This document shows, in pieces, positions 12,101 to 23,510 of a DNA stretch of 64,000 nt. The DNA lies in assembly GCA_040954595.2 (NCBI GenBank), contig CM082576.2:4376760-4440759 (forward strand), read 5' to 3'. The notes beneath the pieces were generated by a model. The model was not told the origin of the DNA. It did no database searches and saw nothing but the letters and a program-made list of their open reading frames with translations. Source of the DNA: Balanoglossus misakiensis. Its lineage: Eukaryota > Animalia > Hemichordata. The stretch's first letter is position 1; the number at the start of each line of letters is the position of its first letter. The position numbers and the translations under genes were made by a program.

Positions 12101-15100
12101 CAATGCTCAAATATCTTCATATTTACAGAGGTAGCGCTGTCCAGTCAAACCTGTGTTGGTGGCTGACATATACTGTAAACCTGTCTACAGAGACCATTTT
12201 GTTACAGTCCCTGTGCAATTAGCATGTGTTATAAAGGCCACCTGCCTACAAAGGCCAATTTAGGAAAGTCCCTTGAATGGTTATAGACAGATTTGATTGT
12301 ATTACATTGTACATCATATACCAGAAGTTATGTATATATTTTGGTAAACTGCCAATAATGCTAAGAATGTCTGTACTTTGAATCTCCACAGATTTATTCG
12401 TGCAGGAATGCGAGTACATCAGACAGGCAGGCTATGTAGAGAAAGCCATCGCAGCTTTCCAGGCCATGGTTGAATTCAATTGTTTCTGTCCGATGCAGTT
12501 AGAGGAATCCACAAAAGCAAGTGCACAGGTAAGGTTTTACTTGTACATGGTATATCCTGCCAGTACTCCCTTGATTGGTCATCAGTGTGAATGCAGAGTC
12601 ACTGGTATTATGGTGAGAAATTTGTCAGATCTGCTGCTTACAATCAAAGTCTAAATATCATCAACAAACTGGCTGGATTTGCTGTCCAATTTCTTTTTAT
12701 CAGTTCACTGAAATTCTGTGGAATCTTAGATAAAACAACGACATTAGTAGCATTCTTGTTTGCCATAGATTGCATTCTTTGAGACGTTCTGGGACAGCGA
12801 AGAACCCAAGATTGGTGAGAAGGGCGCCAAAGGTTGGAACAAGTGGATGCATAAGAAAGAGAAAGGGGGATGGGAGGAGGTTGTGGTTCCCCAACAAACA
12901 GGTGCGTGTATATGTATTGCACATTTCTCCACAGAAAGTGCAGGAAATTATACCCCTCCCCCCCCCAAAAAAAAATGTAATGGCCACTACCCTTTTATTT
13001 GCTTTAAATTATTTCAAATGTCAGGTCAAGTACATTAGCAGATTTTTATAGTGGTAGACCTGCTGCTGTTTTTTTCCAGAAGTGTATTTCAAAAACTGAG
13101 ATTTCCAACAGCAATTGGTCATACTTTCTGTTTTTGCTTGGTAGACGAGGAAGAATCTGGCGATGAGGAAGATGATCTGATCAAGGTCGGTGACCCCCTG
13201 TGGAGAGTGTGGCACAGGTTGGAGAACACCAGAGAACAACATCATTGGTTGCCGTGGAAACCAGACGCTAAGAAAGGAGAGACGGAAGACGATTGTGAAG
13301 ATCCCGACAGGCTTGTGCTGTTTGATGATTTCAGTTCATCGCTGTTCAAGCTGTCGTCTCCAGAGCTGAAATTTCATCTTGTGCTGAGGTTTCTTCAGTT
13401 TCTGGGCATTGCGACGGCCCCGCTGTGTTCCTCCGGGTGTTACCAGAGCCAGAGACACTTCCTGGTGAGCACGGAACATCCGTCTCAGGTACTGCGGCCG
13501 ACTCTGGGGTCGTCGGGAATAGGATGGAAGACAGTGTGCCAAGGGGTGAACTGTGGGATCCAGTCTGTGCACGACGGGAAAAAGCTCAACTTGGAGAAAA
13601 GTCTCCATAACCACTTGTCGGCTGAGTTCAGCGAGTTTGTCACCAACATGTTCAGTCAGACTTTGTCGCTGTTCTCGGGAGAAGCCAGAACTCACATGAC
13701 TCTGATTTGGATTCAGTACGAATCCCTCAAGGCTGTGCACGGTCACAAGAAGTCCAGACACCAGAGCAAAGCAGTCCGGAAGTTTGCCAAGTCCGTGCTG
13801 AGGGAACCCCACAACCGCAACAACCTCCTCCTGTGGGAAACGTACGCGGCGTTCGAATGGTCTGCCGGGAATGCGGGTGAAGCCCGGAAAGTGTTCGACA
13901 CGGCTCTGACTCTGTACAGCCAACTCGGCAAGGATTCGCAGAGCCAGAGCATGAAACAGGCTGCGGCCAAGCTGTGTCATGGCTACGCGGAACTTGAACT
14001 TGGGCTGGACGCTGTGGACAGAAGGAGTTTGAGCAGCATCAAAGACCAAGGGTTTGCCAAATGTGTCAACATCTCAAACAAGAACAGAGCCTTGCACATC
14101 GTGAGTCGGTTCGGAGAAGGCGGCATGTACGTCTCGACAGACGGCAGGGAATCTGTGAATTCAGTGACCTTACTGAGAGCTCGGAGTGCATATCAGAGTG
14201 AATTCCAGAAAACTGTAGAAAGCTATCAAGATTGTGTAGCATCTGTGTCTTCTGAGCAAGGACCGAACGGAAGCTACGCTGTCCATCTTGTCATATGCTT
14301 TGCCCTATTCCAGTACCTGACAGTGGGTCTCCAAGCTGCTGCTGTCATCTTTGAAGAGGGAATGTCGGCCGTGAGAAGTCTCTGCCAACTCCCCCAGACT
14401 GCAGAGGACAGATTCAACAACATCAAGGAACATTTTCTCCTGGACTACGAGATACTTCTGACTGCATACGTCAAGGTCAACATCTACCACATGATGCACC
14501 AGCCCACAGCACTGACACCGATCAGGACTCTCCTCCAGAGGGCGCTGTCCGATTTCCCAGACAGTCCCGCCTTCATGGGTTTCTTCATCGCGCTGGAGGC
14601 GAGGTCGCACATCGCTGGGCGGGTGAGGAGATATTTCAACCATGCCACGCATGAGACAAACACCCCGTTGCCATGGTTATATGCGATTTATGCTGAAGAA
14701 TTGCGGCAGCAGTCCATTGAGGAAGCAGTGGGCAATGGTGTTGCAGGTGTGAATAGTAAAGATAGACCAACTCTTCCAGGTAAGTGACTCCATTGTGAAA
14801 TGATAATCAGAATGAAATTAATCTTTTCTGAATCTTTTGTCGATGGCAGAACATACATTTAGAATGCAGGTACCGGGGTGTCCACTCAGGGTTACCGTAA
14901 TAAAGGTCAAGTCCGCTTGGGATACCTAAAGTCAAAAATTTCAGAATTTAATATGCAAGATTACCTTTCATATTCAGGGGCCCTACTTTGGATTAGCTGT
15001 CTACTCTTACAGCTAAGATCAGTTTCTGAATTGATGAATGTCCGCTTTGTCATTCTATGAATTGATGGGAGGGGTTGAAGTGTGAAACTGTTGAAGATCC

Positions 15101-16556
15101 GTACAATGCTTTCACCTTCACGGTGACCAAGAACATCAGAGTTCAACAGTTCAAGCACCAGTCATCATCATCATCATCGCCTAAACTGCCTTGACTTTTT
15201 TTGTCCTTGCAGAGTTGACATGGCAACTGCCATCTACTGGAATAACCCACAGAATGAGGTCTTTATTTGAGAGAGCAACTTGCAGTCGGACTGCGAGGCA
15301 CAGTGTGCTGATATGGAGAATGTACATACACTTTGAGGTAGAGCCATGTATTAGTATCTGTACAGTTGCTACTAAGAATGTTCATGTCTCTTCGTTGTAA
15401 TAGAAATTGAAAGCGTTTTAAATTAAGTAAATCTTTAGAATGCTTACTTCATTTGCAGTGAAATTCCATTTTAAAGATCAGGCCTGTTTTAATTTATTAT
15501 TGATTATCTCCCCCCAGGTCTTGCATGGTAATGTGGAGAGAGGCAAATCCATCTTCTACAAAGCCCTTCAACACTGTCCTTGGTCTAAAGTGAGTACTGC
15601 ACCTCTGCTCTTCAAAATGTCTTTGCACAAAACCCTTGTTTAATTAGCCACTTGACTGAGGCTAGTGTAAACATTGCCTCTGCACCAACAACCACATTTC
15701 TTTCTCTTTTTGACTCCAATTACTGTATATATGTGAAGAATTTTTGAAATAGTTTTCTCCCTCATTGCATTGTTTGTTTTTGTGACCTGGTTCAGTGTTT
15801 TGGCCGAGACAATATACAAACAAGCAGATGCCCCCATAGTGTATTTATCACAGATTGTTTGGTGACCGTTGCCATTTGTCTTGGCGAGGTCAGTAATGAA
15901 TGCTGTTGAAATTTGTTTTGTAATACCACAATTGTTGTACCGGTGCTTGGCGTGGGACATACGGCCCTGTAGTGGGATGCCACTGAAGTCGTCTGTCACT
16001 TGGACACAGATTCTGATGCTTCAAAAATTTGAACAATAATAAATCCTTTGACAACAAGGTGTGTGAAAGCCATAAGGCCATCTTCCAATAGTGCTATTTT
16101 GACTAGGGCGTGAACTTCTATGGTCAAGAAGGTTAGTGATATCTGGAGAGTTTCCCGAAGTGTGTGACAAGGCCAGTCTCTGAATACCCATACATGGACG
16201 CGCCCCTCCCCCCCCCCCCCCCCCCATTTTCGGGTGTGTAAGTCCTACTGCACCAATGACAGCAATGGGATTAAACCAAGATTCTATGATAAAAGGGTTA
16301 CTGCAGTCTCCCACACTTCAAAAGTAATGTTGATTTCATTCCGCTTTCATCGCAGGCAGTCTACCTGGATGCAATCCAGTACTTTCCCGAGGACTTCCTG
16401 CAGATCGTGGACTTGATGATGGAGAAGGAGATCCGGGTGCGAGCCCCAGTGGAGGAAGTCGAACTTTTAATTCGGGCCAAACGAGAAGAGGATGATGGTG
16501 AACCTGAGAAGCGTGATCCTGATCCTGAAGGACGGGATCATTCTGTCCAGGAATAA
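9019..16556 (+). CDS. NRDE2: Nuclear exosome regulator NRDE2 (NRDE-2, MTR4-binding, HAT/TPR-like repeats); 9 coding exons, ~1349 aa
   Basis: join(9019-9175,10112-10622,11015-12093,12392-12528,12769-12901,13145-14779,15213-15337,15518-15589,16356-16556) = 4050 nt, all GT-AG and phase-consistent. Motifs match NRDE2 as recalled: LFP, LGWLRNESF, FREDKKSD..L.FKTLY...VARY, DPLGIHD, FNRKTCENPHDIATWLEFVKFQD, RQAGYVEKAIAAFQAMVEF, FWDSEEPKIGEKGAKGW, WLPW..EDPDRLVLFDD, ALQHCPWSK, MMEKEIRVRAP. Confidence 0.96.
10112..10622 (+). CDS. NRDE2: NRDE2 exon 2 (LGWLRNESF and K/H/S-rich region)
   Basis: Acceptor tgtttcaccAG, donor AG|GTaggt, within ORF 10069..10626. Confidence 0.9.
11015..12093 (+). CDS. NRDE2: NRDE2 exon 3 (MTR4-interacting region and start of NRDE-2 domain)
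   Basis: Acceptor ccattgtcAG, donor G|GTatgt, same frame as ORF 11121..12134. Confidence 0.95.
12392..12528 (+). CDS. NRDE2: NRDE2 exon 4
   Basis: DLFVQECEYIRQAGYVEKAIAAFQAMVEF...; acceptor ctccacAG, donor CAG|GTaagg. Confidence 0.95.
12769..12901 (+). CDS. NRDE2: NRDE2 exon 5
   Basis: IAFFETFWDSEEPKIGEKGAKGWNKWMHKKEKGGW; acceptor tgccatAG, donor G|GTgcgt. Confidence 0.95.
13145..14779 (+). CDS. NRDE2: NRDE2 exon 6 (large, HAT/TPR-like repeats)
   Basis: Within ORF 13051..14787; acceptor gcttggtAG, donor CAG|GTaagt. Confidence 0.93.
15213..15337 (+). CDS. NRDE2: NRDE2 exon 7
   Basis: GITHRMRSLFERA...LIWRMYIHFE; acceptor gtccttgcAG, donor GAG|GTagag. Confidence 0.92.
15518..15589 (+). CDS. 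NRDE2: NRDE2 exon 8
   Basis: VLHGNVERGKSIFYKALQHCPWSK; acceptor ccccAG, donor AAA|GTgagt. Confidence 0.93.
16356..16556 (+). CDS. NRDE2: NRDE2 terminal exon 9
   Basis: AVYLDAIQYFPEDFLQIVDLMMEKEIRVRAPVEEVELL...QE*; acceptor catcgcAG, TAA at 16554-16556. Confidence 0.93.
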   Translation, partial: AVYLDAIQYFPEDFLQIVDLMMEKEIRVRAPVEEVELLIRAKREEDDGEPEKRDPDPEGRDHSVQE

Positions 16557-17703
16557 AACATGGTGCTATTACGAGTTGTGTTTGAATTGGCTTGGCTTCC
16601 AAGAGAATTTGCAGCTGATGGACATAACTTTATACCATACATCCATGGAATTATTTTCAACTTATGTACAGAAGGCTTATAAAAATCCTAAGGAAGAGTT
16701 GCATAGTTAAAGAAATAAACAGTATGCCCCTTGCCATCGATAATTGTGTTTTGATATTCTGTGAAAGTGTTTTTGAATTCATTACAGCCAAAAATGAGTC
16801 ACAGATTAAAGCCTGGGTAATTACTATCATTTCAGTAAACCTTGTATCATGAAATATTCATTAATTTCAATGTAATTGGCAATGCCTTGCCCAATTAGTA
16901 GTGATGGTGCCTTAATTGAGCTGGTTTTAAAAGGTTTCTGGTCACATGACCAGCATCCACAGGAAATGAACTCTTACCTACTGAGGAGCAAACTGTCCGC
17001 TTTATTCATTTGAACCAGCCAATAAATGAAAAACACTTGAAGTTAATCAGCTTCTGAATAAATCACAATGGGAGGTGTTTGTGTAATACTGTGTACTGCA
17101 CTTGAGATTGGAAAAACAATGGCAGTGTGTCTATAGCAACCAGTGATGAGATTGATTTTTATCAGAATGTTAAATGGATTTGTTTTGGGGTGAGGAGTTT
17201 TAACTGGAGAAATTAAGTCCGTTCCTCTCATTTTTGACAAATGAGAGATACGATGGCATGTATTTGACCAACTGTGGACAGTGAGAGTACTTCATAACAT
17301 GGGGCCCGGGTTATAGAGATCAAGACTGTTTACAGAATGGTCTGTTGCCTGTGCTTATAGATTTACCATGGGATGCTTTGGGGGAATGGAAATTTGCCTG
17401 TGGCAGTTATAAGCAGTTTTTCGTGTTTATGAACCTTTACAATCATGCTAGAGTTGTGTATGTTTTAGATGTTCATGTTTAATGACCCGAATGCACTAGA
17501 AAAATAGTCATTTAGCAGAGAACATTGATTTATTGGAACCAAAGCCTGTTTGACAGCTTTAAGTACAAGAAGCTGTGAATTTCATTATTTGAAAAGGGTC
17601 TTTTTGACCTGTCTGGCATAAATTCTATGTAACAGTGGCATTTCATACAGCAATAAGTTAATTAGATAGTCATTATCTCGATCGTTTCAATATTGATCCA
17701 TCT

Positions 17704-17848
17704 GTTGCTATGGCAACAGCGTCCAGTTATAGTTCAGTTGCCAAGGCAAAGTCGCCCGCTGCAATTTACTGTTACAATAAAAGCAATCACGCAGCCTATT
17801 TATAAGGACGTGTTTGTGTGGCACAAACGTAAACGTTGCCATAGCAAT
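17704..17848. promoter_or_regulatory. Cluster of three RFX X-box motifs
   Basis: GTTGCTATGGCAAC (17704-17717), GTTGCCAAGGCAAA (17737-17750) and GTTGCCATAGCAAT (17835-17848), compared with the X-box consensus GTTGCCATGGCAAC. Confidence 0.6.
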
Positions 17849-17937
17849 GTCCCCTAGTTCAAGCAAGTGTTGAACTGAATGCTGTTCTCAATCACGCAAT
17901 AGCTCGACTTCAATTAGAAAATTTTACGTTTCGTTTG

Positions 17938-19287
17938 CTAATCATCGTCTGAGTCGCTAGAGCTGAGGTCCTCCAGGAATTTTTCTAATTTGTTTAAATT
18001 TCTCTCGGATCGATCGAGGCCGCTGCCCCCTCCATCATCTTCCTCACTTTCCTCCTCCTCATCCAATATGTGACTGGCGACCAGGTCTGTTATCGACGTT
18101 TCCGATTTCACCGGATAAAGAGACTTTGCCTCTTCGATAACCGAAAGTAAATTTGCAGTGTTGAATTCCTGGGGCCCGGCGAACGACGTCCGCTGCCAGT
18201 CTGTATTTAGGGAAGGTCTTCGCGTACAGCTGGCATAGAGGCTGTCTTTATCAGCGTTCAATAAAGACATCGGTCCCTGCACAAGGGACGATCTCCTCCC
18301 GCCCGTCCACCCGCCCTTCCCTACAAGGGCGGGCAGCACTTGCGGGGACAGACTTGTCCTGCGACCCCACACAGGAGGGGCCTTGCTTTTCCGCAACGAT
18401 GCCATGTTTGACGATTTCAAACCCGAAAGTGTCATCCTCCTCTCGGCGGCGTTCGATTGCCGGTAATCTTCCAGGATCCGCTCGTACGAAGACTCGCTCA
18501 TCACCGAGCCGGACGATGTCAGCGATTCTTTCGACGAGCTCGCCGCAGCCGCGGCTGCGTTCGCATCCATCAGTCGCTGCAGGTGTGTTGCTAGATCGGT
18601 CTGTGACGGCTCCGAGTCGGACTTTTCCTCCATGAAATGGTGCTTCTCCGGGAAAAGGTCGACGAATTCCTGGAATTCGTCGTCCGGTCCCGTTAAAGCG
18701 ATCACCCCGTGCGAGTAGTCGGCCACCACGATGGACTGCCGCTTGGTGTGGAATTCCTTGATGTCGATCTCCTTTTCTTCGGGCGCGCTGAATTTTGTCA
18801 TCAGCAGCGGAAACTCGTCCCTGTATCCGGCATAGCCGTGGTGCACGGTGCTGAACGGCTTTAGACACCACTCTTCCATGTCGTTTTCGTCGACCCGCGG
18901 TGTGTCGTCTCCAGTTGTCAGTGGCCGTCGAATCATCGTGTGAACCCCGTCCAACGGAATGGCCGGTAACACACTCATCACCTGGTGGCTATCGTCAGGT
19001 TCGGGCGCGCCGGGATCGCGGGCAAATTTTGTCAGTTTCGGTCTCACCTCAACGTTTTCCTTCTGTCGCCGGATCTCTCGCAGTTTCCCGACATTCTGCA
19101 GAAACCCGCGGACGTTTTCCTTGTCGTAGTAATGCCTGGAGTTGAAGTAGTCGATGCCTGGTTTGTTCTGGCCGGCTTGGTGTACTACTTCGCACTGTCC
19201 GAATAAACACTGTATCCGCGGTAGATGCTTCGTGTGCGGTGTTGTTTTCGGCCGACGAAGAAGACCTACGCCGACGCTGTGCGCCAT
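17938..19287 (-). CDS. Uncharacterised 449-aa protein, single coding exon; acidic C-terminus and several RRxS motifs
   Basis: Long, GC/CpG-rich uninterrupted ORF in an AT-rich background. First ATG at 19287 (gacATGg context); the ORF-track start at 19335 is a TTG with an in-frame TGA just upstream. Minus-strand AATAAA at 17529-17534. No recognised domain. Confidence 0.8.
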   Translation of the reverse strand: MAHSVGVGLLRRPKTTPHTKHLPRIQCLFGQCEVVHQAGQNKPGIDYFNSRHYYDKENVRGFLQNVGKLREIRRQKENVEVRPKLTKFARDPGAPEPDDSHQVMSVLPAIPLDGVHTMIRRPLTTGDDTPRVDENDMEEWCLKPFSTVHHGYAGYRDEFPLLMTKFSAPEEKEIDIKEFHTKRQSIVVADYSHGVIALTGPDDEFQEFVDLFPEKHHFMEEKSDSEPSQTDLATHLQRLMDANAAAAAASSSKESLTSSGSVMSESSYERILEDYRQSNAAERRMTLSGLKSSNMASLRKSKAPPVWGRRTSLSPQVLPALVGKGGWTGGRRSSLVQGPMSLLNADKDSLYASCTRRPSLNTDWQRTSFAGPQEFNTANLLSVIEEAKSLYPVKSETSITDLVASHILDEEEESEEDDGGGSGLDRSERNLNKLEKFLEDLSSSDSDDD

Positions 19288-19480
19288 GTCTACATCACTC
19301 GAATTCGAAATCCCACTTTCCCTTGCCTCAGGCAATTTTACATTTCACTGCTCACACCGACAGAGACGCGGGGAAGACAGGTTGATTCGACGCCACAATC
19401 CATTCCTATTTTAAAGAACATGGAACAAACATTGAATTATCTGTGTAGGCCTAATTGTAGGATCCAGCTGTAAACTAATA

Positions 19481-19500
19481 ACCATAGCAACAACGGCAAC
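19481..19500. promoter_or_regulatory. X-box-like half sites (CCATAGCAAC, GGCAAC) about 200 bp upstream of the orphan ATG
   Basis: accatagcaacaacggcaac read directly. Confidence 0.4.
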
Positions 19501-21535
19501 CCATAGGCCCGTTTTTTTTTAAGATTCAGCATACAAATGGTTTAAAGCGCGCTCATTATTTACATATGCACACATTACAGCACACATTACAACATTGACA
19601 TAGCAAATACCCCCATGAAAAGTTAAATTGTATGTCGGTCGCCCCAAATAAACGGCTCGAACCAACATTACCGGTTGTGCCCCTGATTTGTATGCAGTTG
19701 AGCTGTCGACGAATCTCTCCTCTCTCCCTATCTCCATTCTCTGTACATTATCCTCTCTATATAATATCTATCCATGGATTACCACCGTAGCCGCTCCGTG
19801 ATCTATCCAGTCCCGATATTATTACCAGATCTCACGGAAGCATTGATTCACCCTATACAAAGCATGGAAAGTAAGTGAACTACAACACATACCGGGTCTG
19901 AGATGCCACACAGCGAACCTACGGTTTCTGTTTCGATTCCTCCTGGCCAAGCGAACGCCAATGTGCAAACCGAACGAGGGATGGAACACCGGCTACTGTT
20001 TCCTAGCCAACGCAGACGCGCGGGATTTTACGAGAGGACGGGATTTTGCTGAGAAATTCCATTACACGAGTCACACCCATCAATCCATCATTAATGCAGC
20101 GCAAATTTAATTATAATGCATCTGCACCAGGCTTTCGGGATTTTAATCTTCGTTTGCAATTTTCCGTTGACTCGTTTCGCACAATTGACCGATTATATTC
20201 AACGGGAAAGCTATCAAGGTAACACTGGAATAATTGTGCAGGTGTCGCGTTGCAGTGCAGCCCGCTGCGGCTCTTGAGAAACTTTTGCCTTTCAGAAGCA
20301 TTGCTGACGTATAAAGCGAAACGTCCGTGCAGATCTATATGTCGGCTCCTTGTATAATTTAAATTATAAGAAATGTATTTTGAAGGGCTGTGGTCCAACT
20401 CTTTTATTGATCTACGTCATGTCAAGAAGTTTAAGCGTAGATACTCGTGAAAAACGAGTATCTATGTGGTTGAAATCGCGTTGTCATGGCAGTGTTCATA
20501 ATTTCGGCATTAGCCTACTGGACGCTATTTGCGACTGTTTTCCATCTATATGATCGACAAGCTGGTGTGTGTGTATTTACAATGCAATTTACTGTATGTA
20601 CAGTATGCATTTTTATCAAAGAAATAGCGACACGCGTCTTTGGGTTGGATCACGTACGTCACCAGACAGGTTGCTAAGACGTGCACCGTTGGTCATAGCG
20701 CCCGGTAACGGGACTCAAACGGGCGCGCTGATAACAATGCCGCCAAAATAGCACACCCACTTGAGACGGAATAAAAAAGATCAACCAAAGAGTCGACTTA
20801 TCATTTGTTAGGGTAATTGGAAAGGTGTTGGTTTTGCTAACCGGTTATTTGTCATGGAGAGCTTATTCAATCGCACGGAGTTGGAAATGTTTTCGGAATA
20901 GAAAAGCATGAGGCAATTGAATATTCGGTCTGAATAGCCGAGTGATCTTATGCTATAGAAACGCTTTCTTAAAATCTTTTTCACCGCATAAACGAAATAA
21001 CCAAACGTTAAAAAAACAATGTAAATGATACGGGAACTTCTACGATAAAAACTATGAATGGCACACCATAAATAACGAATAAATCCCACTTCAGTACCTT
21101 TGTCCTACCCGACAACCAAAACATATATATTCGCAACAAGTTTTAGAAGCGATATCGGACCGTATCCGAGAAACTCGCCGAGAAATTGACTCTTTGTATA
21201 AATTCTCTTTTGTTTCGTATTTTGATGTGTTTTTTTTGTATACGGACACGCGGTGGGGAAGGTGTTGGAGACCCGAAACGTGTCCACGCATATTTTTAAG
21301 GGAAAGTTGACGTAAGACGAAATGCCGACATTTCTTATTGAGGCCTAGCCCTTGGCCTACAGGAATTAACAAGACCGTTGCATCGTTTCCATATACCGGT
21401 ATAATAAAACAATATCGGCCACAAGAAATATCAAATGTAATCGTGACGTGACGCCCGTTATACCATGATACTAATCACTTGATGAGATGGTTCCTTGTTA
21501 CGGTCTGAAATGAAAAATACGCAGAATAAACTCAC

Positions 21536-21640
21536 CTTGATTGTACATGTATGTCTCCTGGGGACCTTCGAAGGAAAATACGCGACACAGTCGTATGACA
21601 GCCACTCTTGTCATCGGGTCGAGATGTCAATAAAACGTAA
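21536..21640 (-). other. Candidate upstream (5' UTR/uORF) exon of the orphan gene; its 5' boundary is unknown
   Basis: Strong minus-strand donor CAAG|GTGAGT at 21536/21535 and matching acceptor tgtttgttccatgttctttaaaatAG|G at 19406/19405. Confidence 0.4.
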
Positions 21641-22606
21641 GAGCATGCCAACAACCTTGTATGCCGACAGAAGACGAAGGCGTCTATGAACCCTGTCACC
21701 CGAGTGCCACCGTTTTGATTCAAGTATGATCTGGGGGTCACCCAACACTCACAATGAAGTGCCCTGTATCGTTTGATAATCCCCGTTGTCAGGTATAAAC
21801 CACGATTTCCCAATAAACAATGATAGAAATATTTTGAGTTGATAAGGTTACGAGACACTTCACAAAAAATAATGAATGACGTCGCGTATCTTATGAAAAT
21901 TGTTTTAATTAATTTGTAGAAGTTCATTGTAACGCGATTGCAATGGAAAGCGATCGCCAATTAAATTGGTTATCACCCGCCCATGCAGTGTTCGTAGTAC
22001 ACCACATCTGATTTGTTTTCCGTTGCCTAGAGACGCGCGTACGCACCTGCATGACAAGTAACGTAGCACTACAACTCCGAGAGACGTGCGTTTGTATTAG
22101 TAGTGTATCGCTACCACTTGAGCAAATAAAGCAAACATTCGAATGCAGCAAAGGTTAAAAATGTCTTCCTGTTGTGAGGACTTCTGAACGATTAATTTCC
22201 CATCTTCATATTTGCATACAATAACCATGTAGAGACAAGCGTTAGGATACGAATGCGAGTCATGACAAGCTTACTCGAACAGGGAACCACATTGGTGTCT
22301 TCCCACGGGCCCAGCCAGAGAGTAGGAGAATCGTGCTCTCTCTCTACACATTTCGAATCTATCCGTTCATTACTCTGCAACAACCGATTGGATTAATAAA
22401 CAGTTCATATTTTTGTGATGTAAACATTCTTGAAACGATTTTTTTCTTCGCATTTTCTCGGTGAGTTGTGCGCCTTAAAAACCAAATGATGGTCAAGGGA
22501 ACGTGCGGAGAGCCAGGCTACTTGAAAATCAGTTCCTGGATTGCGCCTCCTGTGTTGATAGTCACGATTGCCTTTGTTCTTTGTTCGCAAAACATGAGGG
22601 AACTTA

Positions 22607-23510
22607 GGGAGCATTCGTTTTTTACAGGGAGGGGGGGGCCGGTGGAAATCAGGGGGGGGTTTACTTTTACAAAGCAGTTTTTAGGGGGGGGACAAATTTT
22701 ATAATCAATGGTTTGGGGGGGGGGACAATTTTTACAACAGAGTTGTATGGAATTATAGCAAACTTTAACGACTAAATGTTTATTTTGAGTCTGCAAAAAT
22801 GCAGTTTCGCGCCCTTTATTTTACAAAATTTTCTAATGTGGGAGGGGGAAACCCCCTCCCACACCCACCCCCTCCATTCATCAACACCTTTCAATCATTG
22901 ACTGGTTTATCTATAGTGTCCCAGGTCAGGGGACTTGCCCCCACCCCATGATAACTTTGAGCGGCGACGGTTAAATTTGTCCTCCCCAACATACCGGTAG
23001 TTGAGTTAATTTGCTTTTGCCGGGTTCATTAAAATGCAGCTTTGAGCTCTGTATTTTACTAAATTTTCTAACGTGGGAGGGGGACACCCCCTCCCAAACC
23101 CACCCCCTTCAATTCTCGGTTTACAATGTCTCCCAACACAGAATACAAATACTTAAAAATTAAAAACAATGTTCAGTTTTAATACCCACTGATGAGGGGA
23201 AACATCAGTTTCAAATTCTTTTCATGGGAGTGCTGTTTTTCTTTTTTTTACAAGATAGAATGAATGTAATTCTGAATAGAATCATATGTCAACAATAACA
23301 ATGGTCAGTCTAAATATCTGACAAAGTTTGATAAGTTTAATCCGGTGGATAAACTTTTTTTTTTTTGGGGGGGGGTCACATTTTACAATTGAAGAATTTA
23401 GGGGGGGACACATTTTAGAAAAGTAATTTCGAGGGGGGGTTGCCTTTTACATTTAGTCGGCGACTCAAATTCCACCGGCCCCCCCCTCCCTGTAAAAAAC
23501 GAATGCTCCC
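22607..23510. mobile_element. Non-autonomous PIF/Harbinger-type (Tourist-like) MITE, 904 bp
   Basis: About 41-bp TIRs GGGAGCATTCGTTTTTTACAGGGAGGGGGGGGCCGGTGGAA and its reverse complement ending at 23510. 3-bp TTA TSD at 22604-22606 and 23511-23513. Internal duplicated GGGAGGGG..CCCCTCCC hairpins. Confidence 0.85.

Noticed and set aside
13336-14652. Antisense ORFs of 237 aa and 115 aa
   Set aside because: Shadow ORFs of the GC-rich NRDE2 exon 6.
18251-18871. 206-aa overlapping ORF in an alternative frame of the orphan gene
   Set aside because: Non-ATG start and Arg/Gly-rich composition typical of an off-frame read of GC-rich coding DNA.
20486-20564. Hydrophobic peptide MAVFIISALAYWTLFATVFHLYDRQA as a possible third QC leader exon
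   Set aside because: The nearest donor-like GT is weak and phase 1, which is incompatible with the phase-0 exon at 50016.
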